Below the pieces are notes generated by a model. It saw only the letters and a program-made list of their open reading frames with translations, was not told the origin of the DNA and made no database searches. A stretch of DNA of 64,000 nt from a virus, in IMG/VR virus record IMGVR_UViG_3300020200_001050, positions 2,381 through 66,380 of that record. The stretch is one strand, 5' to 3'. This document shows positions 26,725 through 36,660 of the stretch, piece by piece. Made by a program: the position numbers and the translations under genes. Numbering within the stretch: the first letter of the stretch is position 1; each line of letters begins with the position of its first letter.

Positions 26725-27016
26725 GCAACTCCTTGTTATCAAGTAAGGAACAGAGAATATCACCCGCTGTCGTATGAAATTCTTGAGTATACCCTATAAA
26801 TGAGGGGTCTGTCAAGATTTCTGTAGCAAAATGTAATGTCGCAAACCCCTCCGATTCTGTTAGATAGGACCACCGATAGCGATAACACATACCCGAAAAC
26901 GGTCCAGTAAGCACTTCAATCGATTGCCCAGTTTCATCCTCAGTAATACGATAATCTTTATTCAGAATTTTCTTCGGTGTTGTAGCGTGGGAGAATCGAT
27001 CCGTAAGCCACTTCAT
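26681..27016 (-). CDS. Hypothetical protein between uvsX and gp41
   Basis: IEVLTGPFSG..Y.Y...GDIL pattern; position typical for this phage group. Confidence 0.6.
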   Translation of the reverse strand: MKWLTDRFSHATTPKKILNKDYRITEDETGQSIEVLTGPFSGMCYRYRWSYLTESEGFATLHFATEILTDPSFIGYTQEFHTTAGDILCSLLDNKELHDSSRTHYSAPLSV

Positions 27017-27992
27017 ACCGTTTGCGAATATAATTTTCAAATGCTTCATCTTCAAGAATGTCCTTCCAAAATTCTGTTGTTTGTGTGTTTTCAAAACGAA
27101 CCTTGGATTTTTCACCCCTTTTCTGGTACCACCCAGGAGACGGCTTGGTGACAAATTCACCCTCAATCGCTACTTCCAATAATCCTGAATACTGTTGAAT
27201 CCCACCCTCAAAAGATACAGTAATTGGAATTTTAGATTTTTCACGGACAAAGCGCGATTTTTCAATATTAATCACAAAATTATATCCAGTGAGTTCTGTG
27301 CCATTTTTATCCTGCTGGCGACCGATGACCCAGACAGTATCAGACGAATACATCACACCTGTACCCCCAGAGACAATATCTTTGGGATACAATCCAATCT
27401 CTTTATAAGTATGATTGACGATCAACATCGGAATATCTTTAATACGAAGATGTGGCGTTACCATTCGACACAAAGACTTCACGGCTTTGGCGCGAGTCAT
27501 ATCAGCCACACTTTTGCCCTCTAGTGCATCCTCCACTTCTTTCTTAGAAGCAAGATTCCCAAGCGAGTCCACGATAATTATCACTCTGGTTTTTGATTGA
27601 ATGCCCTCCAGTTGTTTCATAATATCGTGCTTGAGTTGTTCTACATCCGTAATGGGTGTATGAAATACTCGTTCAGTATCTATACCAAACGTCTTGAAGT
27701 ATCCCTGTGGCGAACCAAATTCAGAATCATAAAACAAAATGACACTATCCTCATACTTCTTTTGATAGGCTGCGCCCATGAGAAGGGCAAAGCACGTTTT
27801 AAAGTGTTTTGGAGGACCAGCAAAAACTGTCAGACCAGGTGTCAATCCACCCCCCAACCGTCCAGACAATGCCACGTTTATCATCGGGACATCCGTTTGG
27901 ATCATATCATGATCGGTGAAAAATTTTGATGTGGATAAGACGGACGCAGCATCAATGGTGGTATTTTTCTTGAATTGATCAAGAAGATTCAT
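26958..27992 (-). CDS. uvsX: RecA-like recombinase
   Basis: AGPPKHFKT, DSEFG, DSLGNLAS, KSRFVREK. Confidence 0.95.
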   Translation of the reverse strand: MNLLDQFKKNTTIDAASVLSTSKFFTDHDMIQTDVPMINVALSGRLGGGLTPGLTVFAGPPKHFKTCFALLMGAAYQKKYEDSVILFYDSEFGSPQGYFKTFGIDTERVFHTPITDVEQLKHDIMKQLEGIQSKTRVIIIVDSLGNLASKKEVEDALEGKSVADMTRAKAVKSLCRMVTPHLRIKDIPMLIVNHTYKEIGLYPKDIVSGGTGVMYSSDTVWVIGRQQDKNGTELTGYNFVINIEKSRFVREKSKIPITVSFEGGIQQYSGLLEVAIEGEFVTKPSPGWYQKRGEKSKVRFENTQTTEFWKDILEDEAFENYIRKRYEVAYGSILPRYNTEENSE

Positions 27993-28004
27993 ACGGTATT
28001 CCTC

Positions 28005-28751
28005 TCAATGAAATGTAACAATATTTGATTTCGGAACTAATATACTTGATTCTACACTCGATGAGGGGGTAAAATCAAATTTTTCTTTGTGTAACAATCC
28101 CATATTTACAGCAATCAGTAACAAAATAGCCAGCGGATCAAAAACCACAATAATCATAAGAATAACCACTCGCACCGCTTTGTCGATAAAAGTTGACTCG
28201 GCTCGATCATACAGAAGTTCTGCCACATATCGAATAGGTCCAATTTCTGCCATTAGTTTATTTTCGGATTGCTTGAGTGGTAATTTGGCTGTGCCAATAT
28301 TCTCTAGTTGTTTTTGAATGCGTTGAAGTTCACGCGATTCTTGTGGAGTCGGGCCCTCAGGACGCTCTGTCTGTTTCAATACAAAATTCATGCGTTTCTG
28401 TAACAGTTGTTCTCGCGCTTCCAACGATTGAATTTGAATCGTCGTAGAGGATGTGACCGAAACTGTTTGAAGATGGGCAGATGATAGAAATCCAAAAATA
28501 CCCATAGAGGTAATTAACATCAAAATAAGAACAGCACCAGTAAAATAACTTTTCAAGACCCAATGAATCTGTGTCCAATTACGATAGAGCCAAGATGCTG
28601 TCACTAGTTTGGCAAGTTCCAGTGTCGATCCCATAATGACAATTGACCAAAATGCACCAGGAAAAATCTGAACCAAACCTAGCACTGAATAATACGCAGC
28701 TACACTAGAGAGTAGAATAGCAGTGACAAATAATATCACTAAGAAAATCAT
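28005..28751 (-). CDS. Membrane protein with central coiled coil
   Basis: Three N-terminal TM segments, ITSMGIFGFLS, EIGPIRY, C-terminal VFDPLAILLL. Confidence 0.7.
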   Translation of the reverse strand: MIFLVILFVTAILLSSVAAYYSVLGLVQIFPGAFWSIVIMGSTLELAKLVTASWLYRNWTQIHWVLKSYFTGAVLILMLITSMGIFGFLSSAHLQTVSVTSSTTIQIQSLEAREQLLQKRMNFVLKQTERPEGPTPQESRELQRIQKQLENIGTAKLPLKQSENKLMAEIGPIRYVAELLYDRAESTFIDKAVRVVILMIIVVFDPLAILLLIAVNMGLLHKEKFDFTPSSSVESSILVPKSNIVTFH

Positions 28752-31336
28752 GCGAAAAATCCTTCAAGGGATTGTGTTTCTTCTGTTTTCCACCCAATAG
28801 CGTCTAAGACAATTTTGAGAGGTTCCACAAATGATTTCTCAAACTGCGTGTCATAGTCAATCATTGTTTCTAGTTTCCACTGTTTGGGCGGCTGTTGAAT
28901 GAATGAAATCACAGAAGAACGAAATTGATTGGGTTCTTTCAAATACACAAACTTAATCTTTTCGCCCTCTTGAATCGTTTCATATTGCGTTTCCAGATGA
29001 TCCTGAATCAATTGATGATTATACACCAAGGCACCTTTTACATGAATCGGTGTGCCCTTGGCTTTCAAGAGATCATCATCAGACGCAATCGTGTTGGATA
29101 TTCGTGTTGCCCTTCTATACTTAGACAATCCATTGACTGAACGAGGAAACGATACTTCTTGTGCTGGAAACGTTTTAAACTCTTGACGAAACGTATTAAT
29201 AAATTCAATCACCGCAGATTGATTGCCAGAAAAAATCAAATTCAAGATTTCTTTAATTTTTTCACGACAAGCAGATGGCGTCGAAGACTTAATCGCCTCT
29301 AAGCCCTGAATCTTCAATTGTGGTTCAGAGAATCGGACACCTTCAAGATCATAGACATTCATCAGATATCGCTTTTTCGCTGTCCAAATGGCTTGATCAG
29401 CAATCGCCTCGCGCTTCATCTGCATTTTTTGTGCATACGCATTGACATAAGACGCAAGATTCTGATATGAGCGATCAATTTGTGGTTGAATTTTCTCTTG
29501 ACAAAACTGATCTAGGGTTGAGACAATTTTATCTTTAGAAATTCCAGGAGTAGACAATTTCTTAACTAGTGGTCCAAGATTCAAATACACCGAATCAGTA
29601 TCAATCGCAATTACATAATCTACATGCTGCGTCTTGAGCAACTGATTTAAATATTGATTCAGAGTTCGTTCAATCCAGCGAATAGATAATTGCCCAGAAA
29701 GTGTGATGGCTTCCGCAATACGAATATCATAGAATCTGAAATAGTTATTTCCCATCGCGCCATACGCTGAGTTCAATCCCACTTTCTTAGACAATTGTAG
29801 ATTGTTATATCGAGAAATCTCATACCCTAGCTGTTGAATACGTGCCGGAGGTGCTTTGGGATCTTTCTTCAAGGCTTCCAATTGCTTTTTCGCTTCAAGC
29901 ATTTTTGTCTTATAGAGTGAGCGATCCTTAAACATACGATCCATAATCTCAGGCAGAAATCCCTGCTTTTCTGTGGAAAAGGTTTGTTTATTCGGTGTGA
30001 TCGTCACTCGATGTGCCTTGAGGTCGGCTGTTGCCACAGTCTGATTTAAGAGCGTCTCAACTGTTGCTGCAGAAGTCATGGAGGAAAGTTCAGGAATTAC
30101 TCGCAAAGTTTCAGGTGATAGATTATACTCCATAATCAAGTGTGGATACAGTGAGGCTAAGTCAAATGAAACAATCCACTCAAACAATCCAATTTGAGGG
30201 TCTTTGACATACGCACCCTCATAAAATGTCTTATCTTGTTTGACACCAGGAGGCACAACAATATTCTTTGCGCGCAAGTGATTGTAACAAATAACATCCC
30301 ACATTCGAACCTGCGTAAAGACATCCTCATAATTTACTTTGTTATCATAGGCAAGTGTCAATGCCATCTCAATGAGACGCCCCTTGGCGTTGAGTTGCTC
30401 GACCAATGCGACGTCTTTGATGTTGTATTCAATAAACTTTTGATGATTGAGTTTGTAAAGTTGATGTAGTGTTTCATATTCATCAAATGAAAGTTTTTTC
30501 TGTTTGAGTTCTACGAACGCAATATGATCCAGTTTATAACTTTCTTGAGAAGCATTGGGAGCATACTTACGAAACAACTGAAGATAATCCAGTGTAGCAA
30601 TGCCCACGAGATCATAGGTGATAACGTTTTTTTGATAGAACTGCTCTTCATCTTCCAGCACCACTCCAAACGGCGAGAGTCGTTTAGCCATTGACTCGCC
30701 AAAGAGTTTACACACACGGCGATAGAGATACGGAATATCAAAGCTCTTGATATTCCATCCCGAAACAACATCAGGTTCAGCTTCTATCCAGAATTGTAAA
30801 AAGTTCTCTAAGAGATCGCGTTCATTGAGACAATGCCGATAGAAAATATTGTCTTGTGTGTTGTTGAAAACGCCCGTTCCCCAAACATAATAATTGGGTG
30901 AGTTGGAAAGTTTGACGGTAATTGCTGTGACGGGGCAGTCTGCTGTGCGTGGCTCAGGGAATCCACTCTCTGAACCGGTTTCAATATCAAGAAAGGCAAT
31001 GACGATATTATTGACATTCCACTCAATCACCGCTTCGGGATGTTCATCTGAAATATAGGTATACTCAAATCGCGTTTGCCCGTAAATCGTAAATCCCGTC
31101 ACATCTTTATATTGATTGAGAAAATTTCGCGCATCTCGAATCTTATCAAAGAATTTCGGTTCAACGGGGGTCCCCTCAAGTGTGCGGAATTCGCTGTGTT
31201 GATTAGTTGAGGGCAAAAACAACACAGGCGAATACTCGCGCCGTTCCTTGATGTGCTGCCCATCGCGGACACCACGATAATACAAAGTGGATCCGATACA
31301 ACGGACGTTAGTGTAATACGTCATAGTGCGCGTCAA
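28748..31336 (-). CDS. gp43: Family B DNA polymerase
   Basis: DIET exonuclease motif, SFDLASLYP, K..LNSAYG, DTDS, KKRY. Confidence 0.98.
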   Translation of the reverse strand: MTRTMTYYTNVRCIGSTLYYRGVRDGQHIKERREYSPVLFLPSTNQHSEFRTLEGTPVEPKFFDKIRDARNFLNQYKDVTGFTIYGQTRFEYTYISDEHPEAVIEWNVNNIVIAFLDIETGSESGFPEPRTADCPVTAITVKLSNSPNYYVWGTGVFNNTQDNIFYRHCLNERDLLENFLQFWIEAEPDVVSGWNIKSFDIPYLYRRVCKLFGESMAKRLSPFGVVLEDEEQFYQKNVITYDLVGIATLDYLQLFRKYAPNASQESYKLDHIAFVELKQKKLSFDEYETLHQLYKLNHQKFIEYNIKDVALVEQLNAKGRLIEMALTLAYDNKVNYEDVFTQVRMWDVICYNHLRAKNIVVPPGVKQDKTFYEGAYVKDPQIGLFEWIVSFDLASLYPHLIMEYNLSPETLRVIPELSSMTSAATVETLLNQTVATADLKAHRVTITPNKQTFSTEKQGFLPEIMDRMFKDRSLYKTKMLEAKKQLEALKKDPKAPPARIQQLGYEISRYNNLQLSKKVGLNSAYGAMGNNYFRFYDIRIAEAITLSGQLSIRWIERTLNQYLNQLLKTQHVDYVIAIDTDSVYLNLGPLVKKLSTPGISKDKIVSTLDQFCQEKIQPQIDRSYQNLASYVNAYAQKMQMKREAIADQAIWTAKKRYLMNVYDLEGVRFSEPQLKIQGLEAIKSSTPSACREKIKEILNLIFSGNQSAVIEFINTFRQEFKTFPAQEVSFPRSVNGLSKYRRATRISNTIASDDDLLKAKGTPIHVKGALVYNHQLIQDHLETQYETIQEGEKIKFVYLKEPNQFRSSVISFIQQPPKQWKLETMIDYDTQFEKSFVEPLKIVLDAIGWKTEETQSLEGFFA

Positions 31337-31648
31337 TTAGTGTGTGAGCGCAGAAGCGAGAACAATTCCCGAACCAAAGATTGAATTATATTGATTGAGC
31401 AATTCTGTGACGGGGGTGGTAATAGTTAACACATCATCTCGTTTAATGGTAATACCACTAGAAAATTCTTTAGTGTAATTGAGAAAAGGAGCAATCGCAA
31501 TAGAAGAAGTATCCGATGATGTGCGAGGAGGAACAGTAATCACCATCACAGGATTTTTGAGTATCAGTTGACCAATACCGTCATCAGAGATCTGCGCCAT
31601 AAGTGTGTGCATGATCCCCTTCATTGTAACACATTTCACATCTATCAT
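31337..31648 (-). CDS. Small Sm-like hypothetical protein
   Basis: LKNP...IAPF...L..QYNSIFGSGIV. Confidence 0.65.
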   Translation of the reverse strand: MIDVKCVTMKGIMHTLMAQISDDGIGQLILKNPVMVITVPPRTSSDTSSIAIAPFLNYTKEFSSGITIKRDDVLTITTPVTELLNQYNSIFGSGIVLASALTH

Positions 31649-31658
31649 AATCTACTCC

Positions 31659-32015
31659 TTAAATAAATGGTTGAAGATTGGGTGGGCTAAAAGTTTTGGG
31701 CTTGAGAATTTTTCCGTCATTGCGTTTTAAAACTCTTCCCGTAACGGGATCAATCTTACTCATATTGGATCGAACAACTTCATTCCATGCACCTTCTACA
31801 TTATAACCTTTCGCATGACAATATCCCAAAATAACCCAAATCAAATCCATACATGCATCCAGTTCTTCAATACGAATGGATGCATCTGTTAATTCATGGA
31901 ATTCTTCAAGAATAAGTTTGTAATACAACGATGCGTCAACTTCGACTTGCTTTAACTGATCACATGCGACTTGAAAAGTTTTGACATCATGAGACATATC
32001 ACAAGGCATCATCAT
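31659..32015 (-). CDS. All-alpha NTP pyrophosphohydrolase (MazG/PRA-PH-like)
   Basis: LILEEFHEL, ELDA..DL.WV, SNMSK, DGKILKP. Confidence 0.85.
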   Translation of the reverse strand: MMMPCDMSHDVKTFQVACDQLKQVEVDASLYYKLILEEFHELTDASIRIEELDACMDLIWVILGYCHAKGYNVEGAWNEVVRSNMSKIDPVTGRVLKRNDGKILKPKTFSPPNLQPFI

Positions 32016-32022
32016 CTCCTCA

Positions 32023-32100
32023 TAAAAAAGAAAGTGGGCGATCTATCCTAGTGTGTGCTAGGAACGTACACCTTACGGTGACAATTCAATCGCCCAACCT
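32023..32100 (-). ncRNA. Structured intergenic element: three-way junction followed by U-tract
   Basis: TGGGCGAT/ATCGCCCA closes CACC-GTAA-GGTG and TCCTAG-CACACA-CTAGGA, followed by CTTTCTTTTTT. Confidence 0.5.
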
Positions 32101-32113
32101 CGAACGTGTGAAG

Positions 32114-32569
32114 TTATTCGTTCAATAACTGCGATGAAGCAGTTGTGAGCGAAATTTTCCGCGCCTTACGAGATTCCGGCACGACATTTTCTAATTCAAT
32201 TCTCAACATTCCATTAATCAGTGACGCATTGCGCACTTCCACAGAATCTGCGAGTTGAAAAGTTTTCACAAAGGACCGATTCGCAATCCCACGATAAACA
32301 TAATCAGTTTTATCGTCGTCTTTCGGCTCTTTTAATCCCTGAACAGTCAGAGTAGAATTTTTGAGTGTCAAATCAATCTCTTTGTATTCAAATCCTGCAA
32401 CTGCCATTTCAATCACGAAATGATAATCATCTTTCCGCACGATATTGTGTGGCGGAAATTTTGCAGGTTGAATGTCTGATTGAAGCAGACGCTCAAACGA
32501 GTCAAAAAACCGGTCAAAACCGACCGTGGTGGGAAGTAACGGACTAAAAGATAAATGACCAACTGTCAT
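32114..32569 (-). CDS. hsp20: Small heat-shock protein (IbpA-type Hsp20)
   Basis: VGFDRFF, FPPHNI, IEMAVAGF, YRGIANRSF, NGML.I.L; AAGGAGG SD. Confidence 0.95.
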   Translation of the reverse strand: MTVGHLSFSPLLPTTVGFDRFFDSFERLLQSDIQPAKFPPHNIVRKDDYHFVIEMAVAGFEYKEIDLTLKNSTLTVQGLKEPKDDDKTDYVYRGIANRSFVKTFQLADSVEVRNASLINGMLRIELENVVPESRKARKISLTTASSQLLNE

Positions 32570-32636
32570 AACATCCTCCTTGGTTAAGCGAGAAATACAT
32601 ACTGCATGCTCACCATGAGCCATGCAGTGTATTCAT
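32570..32636 (-). promoter_or_regulatory. ROSE-like RNA thermometer in hsp20 5' UTR
   Basis: 5' hairpin ACTGCAT-G-GCTC-ATGGT-GAGC-ATGCAGT, then TCTC(G)CTT-AACC-AAGGAGG pairing over the SD. Confidence 0.7.
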
Positions 32637-32644
32637 ACTACTCT

Positions 32645-32673
32645 AATATAATACTAAAAAGACAAAAAGTCAA
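32645..32673 (-). promoter_or_regulatory. Sigma70-type promoter for hsp20
   Basis: TTGACT-N17-TATATT. Confidence 0.65.
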
Positions 32674-33074
32674 GTTTTAATTGACTTTTTTCCGATAGTA
32701 TATTTTGGAGTCAGAATCCAATCATGCTTTTCTTTAAAGGGAATAATCTTGATTTGATGTAGTGGTGCAAGATTGCCCACAATCTGAGCAGGAACCACAA
32801 TTTCAATCAATCCCCACTCTTCCAATAATTTCGCAATCGCATTCCGACGAGCGTAGTCAGCATCACTAATATCAGAATTCTTGCCATCAAGCAAAAACAT
32901 TTCCTTGAAATGGACCAGATAGTATTTGCCTTTTTTGTGAAGAATATGGCAAGATTGATAGAGTGATTTATCTTTATGAGAAGCAACTCCGATACGAGTC
33001 AGGGTTTCGCGTACTTTCAAAAAGTCTTCTTCAGATTTCAAACGTATTTCTAAAAACGTTGATAAATCTGTCAT
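32670..33074 (-). CDS. regA: Translational repressor RegA
   Basis: DFLKVRETLTRIG, LYQSCHILHK, VHFKE.F.LDG. Confidence 0.96.
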   Translation of the reverse strand: MTDLSTFLEIRLKSEEDFLKVRETLTRIGVASHKDKSLYQSCHILHKKGKYYLVHFKEMFLLDGKNSDISDADYARRNAIAKLLEEWGLIEIVVPAQIVGNLAPLHQIKIIPFKEKHDWILTPKYTIGKKSIKT

Positions 33075-33469
33075 TTTGTCGCTCCACCTATATCAGTGAT
33101 CTTTCTCAAATCTGCTAATTGTTCAGGAGTTAGAAGGAAAAGAATCTGACGGGCTTTAGAATTGGAATAGCCGTACACCAATTTCACACATTCCAAATCG
33201 TCAGGTATCTCCGCTTTACTCCACTTAACATAGGGTCGTTTTCGACCTCTTACTGTATTTATAAGATAAGAATATTGTAATTTCTTATCTAGGTGGTGGC
33301 GACGATTCATTTCATTCGCAAACATCACACAATCTAGATGATATGAGAGTGAACGATTCGTGAGAAAGGGCACATAGGCTTTCTCTGTGATCTCGTCTAC
33401 CATCAAATCCTTCTTACCCTGAGTAATCTGCTTGACGTAATCAAAAGGATTGATCTGAGATTGTGTCAT
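33071..33469 (-). CDS. gp62: Clamp loader small subunit
   Basis: Y.PFL.NR.LS...D...ANEMN; position after gp44. Confidence 0.9.
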   Translation of the reverse strand: MTQSQINPFDYVKQITQGKKDLMVDEITEKAYVPFLTNRSLSYHLDCVMFANEMNRRHHLDKKLQYSYLINTVRGRKRPYVKWSKAEIPDDLECVKLVYGYSNSKARQILFLLTPEQLADLRKITDIGGATK

Positions 33470-33470
33470 T

Positions 33471-34415
33471 TTAAACCCACTCAGCAGTAATCATGATTTC
33501 AGTCAAGGCTGCGACATTGTTGATTTCTTGGTCCGCACAGAACGCTGACTTGTACTGATAATCTGCCAGCAACACTACGATCTGCGGAATAGATGCAGGC
33601 TTCATATGTTCCGCCAGTCCATCATAGATTCGACGAAACAGTGTGACTGAATCAGGATTGGTAGTCGCAACCCACTTTCGCATGGAACTAAAATCTTTTC
33701 TCTTCAGCATTTCCACCAATTCTTGAATGGCAATATCACCCAGTTGCGTGAGAATGCCCACATCAATCTTTCCGAATTGTGAATATCGCTGAAGTTCGTT
33801 TAGAACACGGCGAAAGTCAGGAAAATACTTGGTGATGAGTTCAGCAACCACTTTCTCGTCATACGCAATTGTTTCAGACTTGAGAATGGTCTGCACTCGC
33901 TTGAAAAAGGCAGCAGCCATTTTCTGTTTTTCACCATTGCGTAAAGTAAAATCAATCACCGCGCAACGAGAATGAAGCGGTTCAATGATACGAGACTTGT
34001 AATTGCAGGTGAAGATAAATGTACAGTTGGTAGAAAATTCTTCAATCGCATTACGCAAAGCGGGTTGAATACTATTCGGATTCAAATAATCCGCTTCATC
34101 AATCAAAATGATTTTGCGCCCACCACCCAACGACATTGATGACGCATAATGCTTGATTTTCGTGCGGAAAACATCAATGCCACTTTCGTCTGATCCGTTA
34201 ATCACAAGCATATCGGAATCGATCTCTCGTGCCATTGCTTTGGCTACGGTCGTTTTCCCGACGCCAGGACCACCACAGAGCAGCAAATTAGGAACTTTGT
34301 GTTGTTTGACGTATTCCTTGAACGGAACTTTCAACCGATCTGGTAGGATACACTCATCAATCGTCTGTGGACGATACTTCTCAACAAACAGAAAATGATC
34401 TGTGTTGGCTATCAT
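33471..34415 (-). CDS. gp44: Clamp loader ATPase subunit
   Basis: EKYRP, GGPGVGKTT, DEAD, SRC. Confidence 0.96.
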   Translation of the reverse strand: MIANTDHFLFVEKYRPQTIDECILPDRLKVPFKEYVKQHKVPNLLLCGGPGVGKTTVAKAMAREIDSDMLVINGSDESGIDVFRTKIKHYASSMSLGGGRKIILIDEADYLNPNSIQPALRNAIEEFSTNCTFIFTCNYKSRIIEPLHSRCAVIDFTLRNGEKQKMAAAFFKRVQTILKSETIAYDEKVVAELITKYFPDFRRVLNELQRYSQFGKIDVGILTQLGDIAIQELVEMLKRKDFSSMRKWVATTNPDSVTLFRRIYDGLAEHMKPASIPQIVVLLADYQYKSAFCADQEINNVAALTEIMITAEWV

Positions 34416-34431
34416 AATCACTCCATCATTA

Positions 34432-34460
34432 TAAAATTGAATGGAGCATCGCTCCACCCA
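34432..34460 (-). terminator. Hairpin with short U-rich tail between gp45 and gp44
   Basis: TGGGTGGAGC-GAT-GCTCCATTCA-ATTTT. Confidence 0.5.
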
Positions 34461-34469
34461 TATCGCCCA

Positions 34470-35150
34470 CTACTTCTGTGTCTTTGAGCCAACTTCCAAA
34501 GCCAGCCAATACGTCAATTTCCGCGTAGGATTTTCAAACTTCGCAATACCCTTCGAGGAAATTTTGACACGATATGCGCCTGGCATCATTTTCCAATTCT
34601 CTGTGCGAAAGACCATTCGACAGATTTGAGATGTCTTATTAACTTCAATCGAGTATTGATTTGACGAATCGTTGTTCACATCAATGGCAGTTAAACTGAG
34701 AACCGAGCCATCACCCTCCACAACAATATGCGGCGCACTCAAAATAGAAGTGGCTTTCAAAATTCGCGATAGCATTTCTTCAGACAAATCAAATTCTACA
34801 TCTGGTGTACCCAAATCAAGTTCTTTAGCGGGTGGCGTAACCAACATCTTTTCTTCACAACACCGAAATTTAGTGGTTTCGGTATCGCGAATCTTGACGA
34901 TCAAATTGGATTCTTGATATGACACCGCAGGAGTTTGTGCACTGTCAAATGTCAACACCGCCAATAAGTTGTTCAGATCATAGATGCCAAAAGATGACGG
35001 AATGTTTTCCTCTAGCTGGACTTCTGCGAACACTGTTTTGGTGGGGGAAATGGTACGCTGCTTTTTGCCTTCGCGAAACATCAATCCAGAATTGATGGAT
35101 GCGAAATTCTTTAAGACTTCAATGGTTGCCGGAGATAACTGAACGGACAT
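34470..35150 (-). CDS. gp45: Sliding clamp
   Basis: LKNFASIN, FGIYDL, YWLALE. Confidence 0.95.
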   Translation of the reverse strand: MSVQLSPATIEVLKNFASINSGLMFREGKKQRTISPTKTVFAEVQLEENIPSSFGIYDLNNLLAVLTFDSAQTPAVSYQESNLIVKIRDTETTKFRCCEEKMLVTPPAKELDLGTPDVEFDLSEEMLSRILKATSILSAPHIVVEGDGSVLSLTAIDVNNDSSNQYSIEVNKTSQICRMVFRTENWKMMPGAYRVKISSKGIAKFENPTRKLTYWLALEVGSKTQK

Positions 35151-35192
35151 AACTCACCTCATAATAAATGGTTAAAAAACACAACACAAACT

Positions 35193-35221
35193 ATATTAAA
35201 CCAAAACCGTGTGCTTGTCAA
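35193..35221 (-). promoter_or_regulatory. Sigma70-type promoter for gp45
   Basis: TTGACA-N17-TAATAT. Confidence 0.55.
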
Positions 35222-35831
35222 GTATTTGAAGCACCTTTTGTTGAAATGCATGAATCGTTTCATTATTATCAATAACATAATCAAACTCACAACCAATCCA
35301 ATCCCATTCTGACCGATGAACATTTAAATCAATCATCGTCTGAATTGCATCCTGATTTCCTCGATTGGCTTGTTCCGCTGTCAAAAACCATGTCGGTTCA
35401 TTGCCGCGACGAATACGAACAATGATACCACCCAGTTCTTGAATGGCTTGAACTTCATTTTCAAATCGCACATCCGACACCACAAACTTTTGACGTGAAG
35501 ATGTTTGAATTCGGCGCATCAATGATTTCACCCAAATATCGTCATGAAATACATCCCGCATCGATTCTGTTCCAAATTTCTGCAACACCACACGAGGCAG
35601 GACATCGCACCCAAAAGCAGCAGACCAATACGAATCTGGTATCTCACGCCAAGCACGAGATTCTTCTGTTGCTCCCTCAATCAATTCGCGATCCCATGAA
35701 AAGATTTGCGCGACCGCATCTTTTATGGGAGCCGCAAACGAGTCTTTCGTAAATCCACGCGAGACAAATATATTGGCAGCGGTATCTTTGCCTGATCCTT
35801 TAAACCCCACCAATCCCACTATAAGTTTCAT
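35196..35831 (-). CDS. gp1: Deoxynucleoside monophosphate kinase
   Basis: GFKGSGKDT, SFA..K, R.LQ.FGTE, SDVRFENE, HRSE. Confidence 0.9.
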   Translation of the reverse strand: MKLIVGLVGFKGSGKDTAANIFVSRGFTKDSFAAPIKDAVAQIFSWDRELIEGATEESRAWREIPDSYWSAAFGCDVLPRVVLQKFGTESMRDVFHDDIWVKSLMRRIQTSSRQKFVVSDVRFENEVQAIQELGGIIVRIRRGNEPTWFLTAEQANRGNQDAIQTMIDLNVHRSEWDWIGCEFDYVIDNNETIHAFQQKVLQILDKHTVLV

Positions 35832-35842
35832 ACTTCACCTCC

Positions 35843-36640
35843 TCACAAGCGACCAGTTAGTTCCGCAATCTTTGGCATATTCCCACTAAACGCATAGGTG
35901 CCCACGTGTTGGGCGCGCATCCACGGACACAACCAAACTTGAAACCCAATCTTTCGCGCCCACTGACAAAACATATAATCTTCACTTAGATATCGTTGAC
36001 TTTCAGGATCAATCACCGTATCAAAATATGCATGAATATATCGTGTCCCATCAAAGTTAGCTTGCCCGACATGATCTGGTTTATATCGAAATTCAGGATA
36101 AGACTCAGCAAACTTCTCAAATACGTGACGTTTAATCATCATGTAGCCGGTGCCGATTTCCATCACTTCTAATGGATCTGAGACATGAAATTGTGACGTT
36201 CCTTTAACGACATTAAACACATATTCACCCACCACATTCTCAAGATTTTTGGGGTCGATGTCTGGATGGTTTTTAACAGCAGCGACAATGTTACTCCAAT
36301 TGATTGCTTTCTTGGGATAGGGAGCGCCAATAATGTCGCGATCTAATGCTAACAAGGCAAGGACATCCTTGGGTTCAAAATGAATATCAGAGTCAAGAAA
36401 GAGAAGATGTGTGAATCCCGTGGATCGTAGAAACTCATCCGCCAAATAATTTCTTGCTCGCGTGATGAGCGATTCGTTGAAGAGAAACGAAAAGCGCATA
36501 TCTACACCATACCGCGACATCGTGGTTTGAAGATCCAAACACGATTTCATATACATGCCATGGCATTGACCGCCATACATAGGCGTTGCCACAAACAATT
36601 TGTGTTTACGCAACTCTTCAACCTTGACTTGAATTTCCAT
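35843..36640 (-). CDS. GT-A-fold glycosyltransferase-like protein
   Basis: VATPMYGG, ESLITRARN, LFLDSD, GTG.M, LSEDY.FC. Confidence 0.75.
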   Translation of the reverse strand: MEIQVKVEELRKHKLFVATPMYGGQCHGMYMKSCLDLQTTMSRYGVDMRFSFLFNESLITRARNYLADEFLRSTGFTHLLFLDSDIHFEPKDVLALLALDRDIIGAPYPKKAINWSNIVAAVKNHPDIDPKNLENVVGEYVFNVVKGTSQFHVSDPLEVMEIGTGYMMIKRHVFEKFAESYPEFRYKPDHVGQANFDGTRYIHAYFDTVIDPESQRYLSEDYMFCQWARKIGFQVWLCPWMRAQHVGTYAFSGNMPKIAELTGRL

Positions 36641-36660
36641 AACGAATCTCCGTAATAATT

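Noticed and set aside
32023-32100. Hammerhead ribozyme
   Set aside because: A three-way junction is present, but the CUGAnGA and GAAA core sequences are absent.
34452-34469. Shared words with other hairpins (ctccacccat also at 1014-1023; atcgccca also at 32089-32096)
   Set aside because: Only 8-10 bp matches, compatible with chance in 64 kb; no third instance seen.
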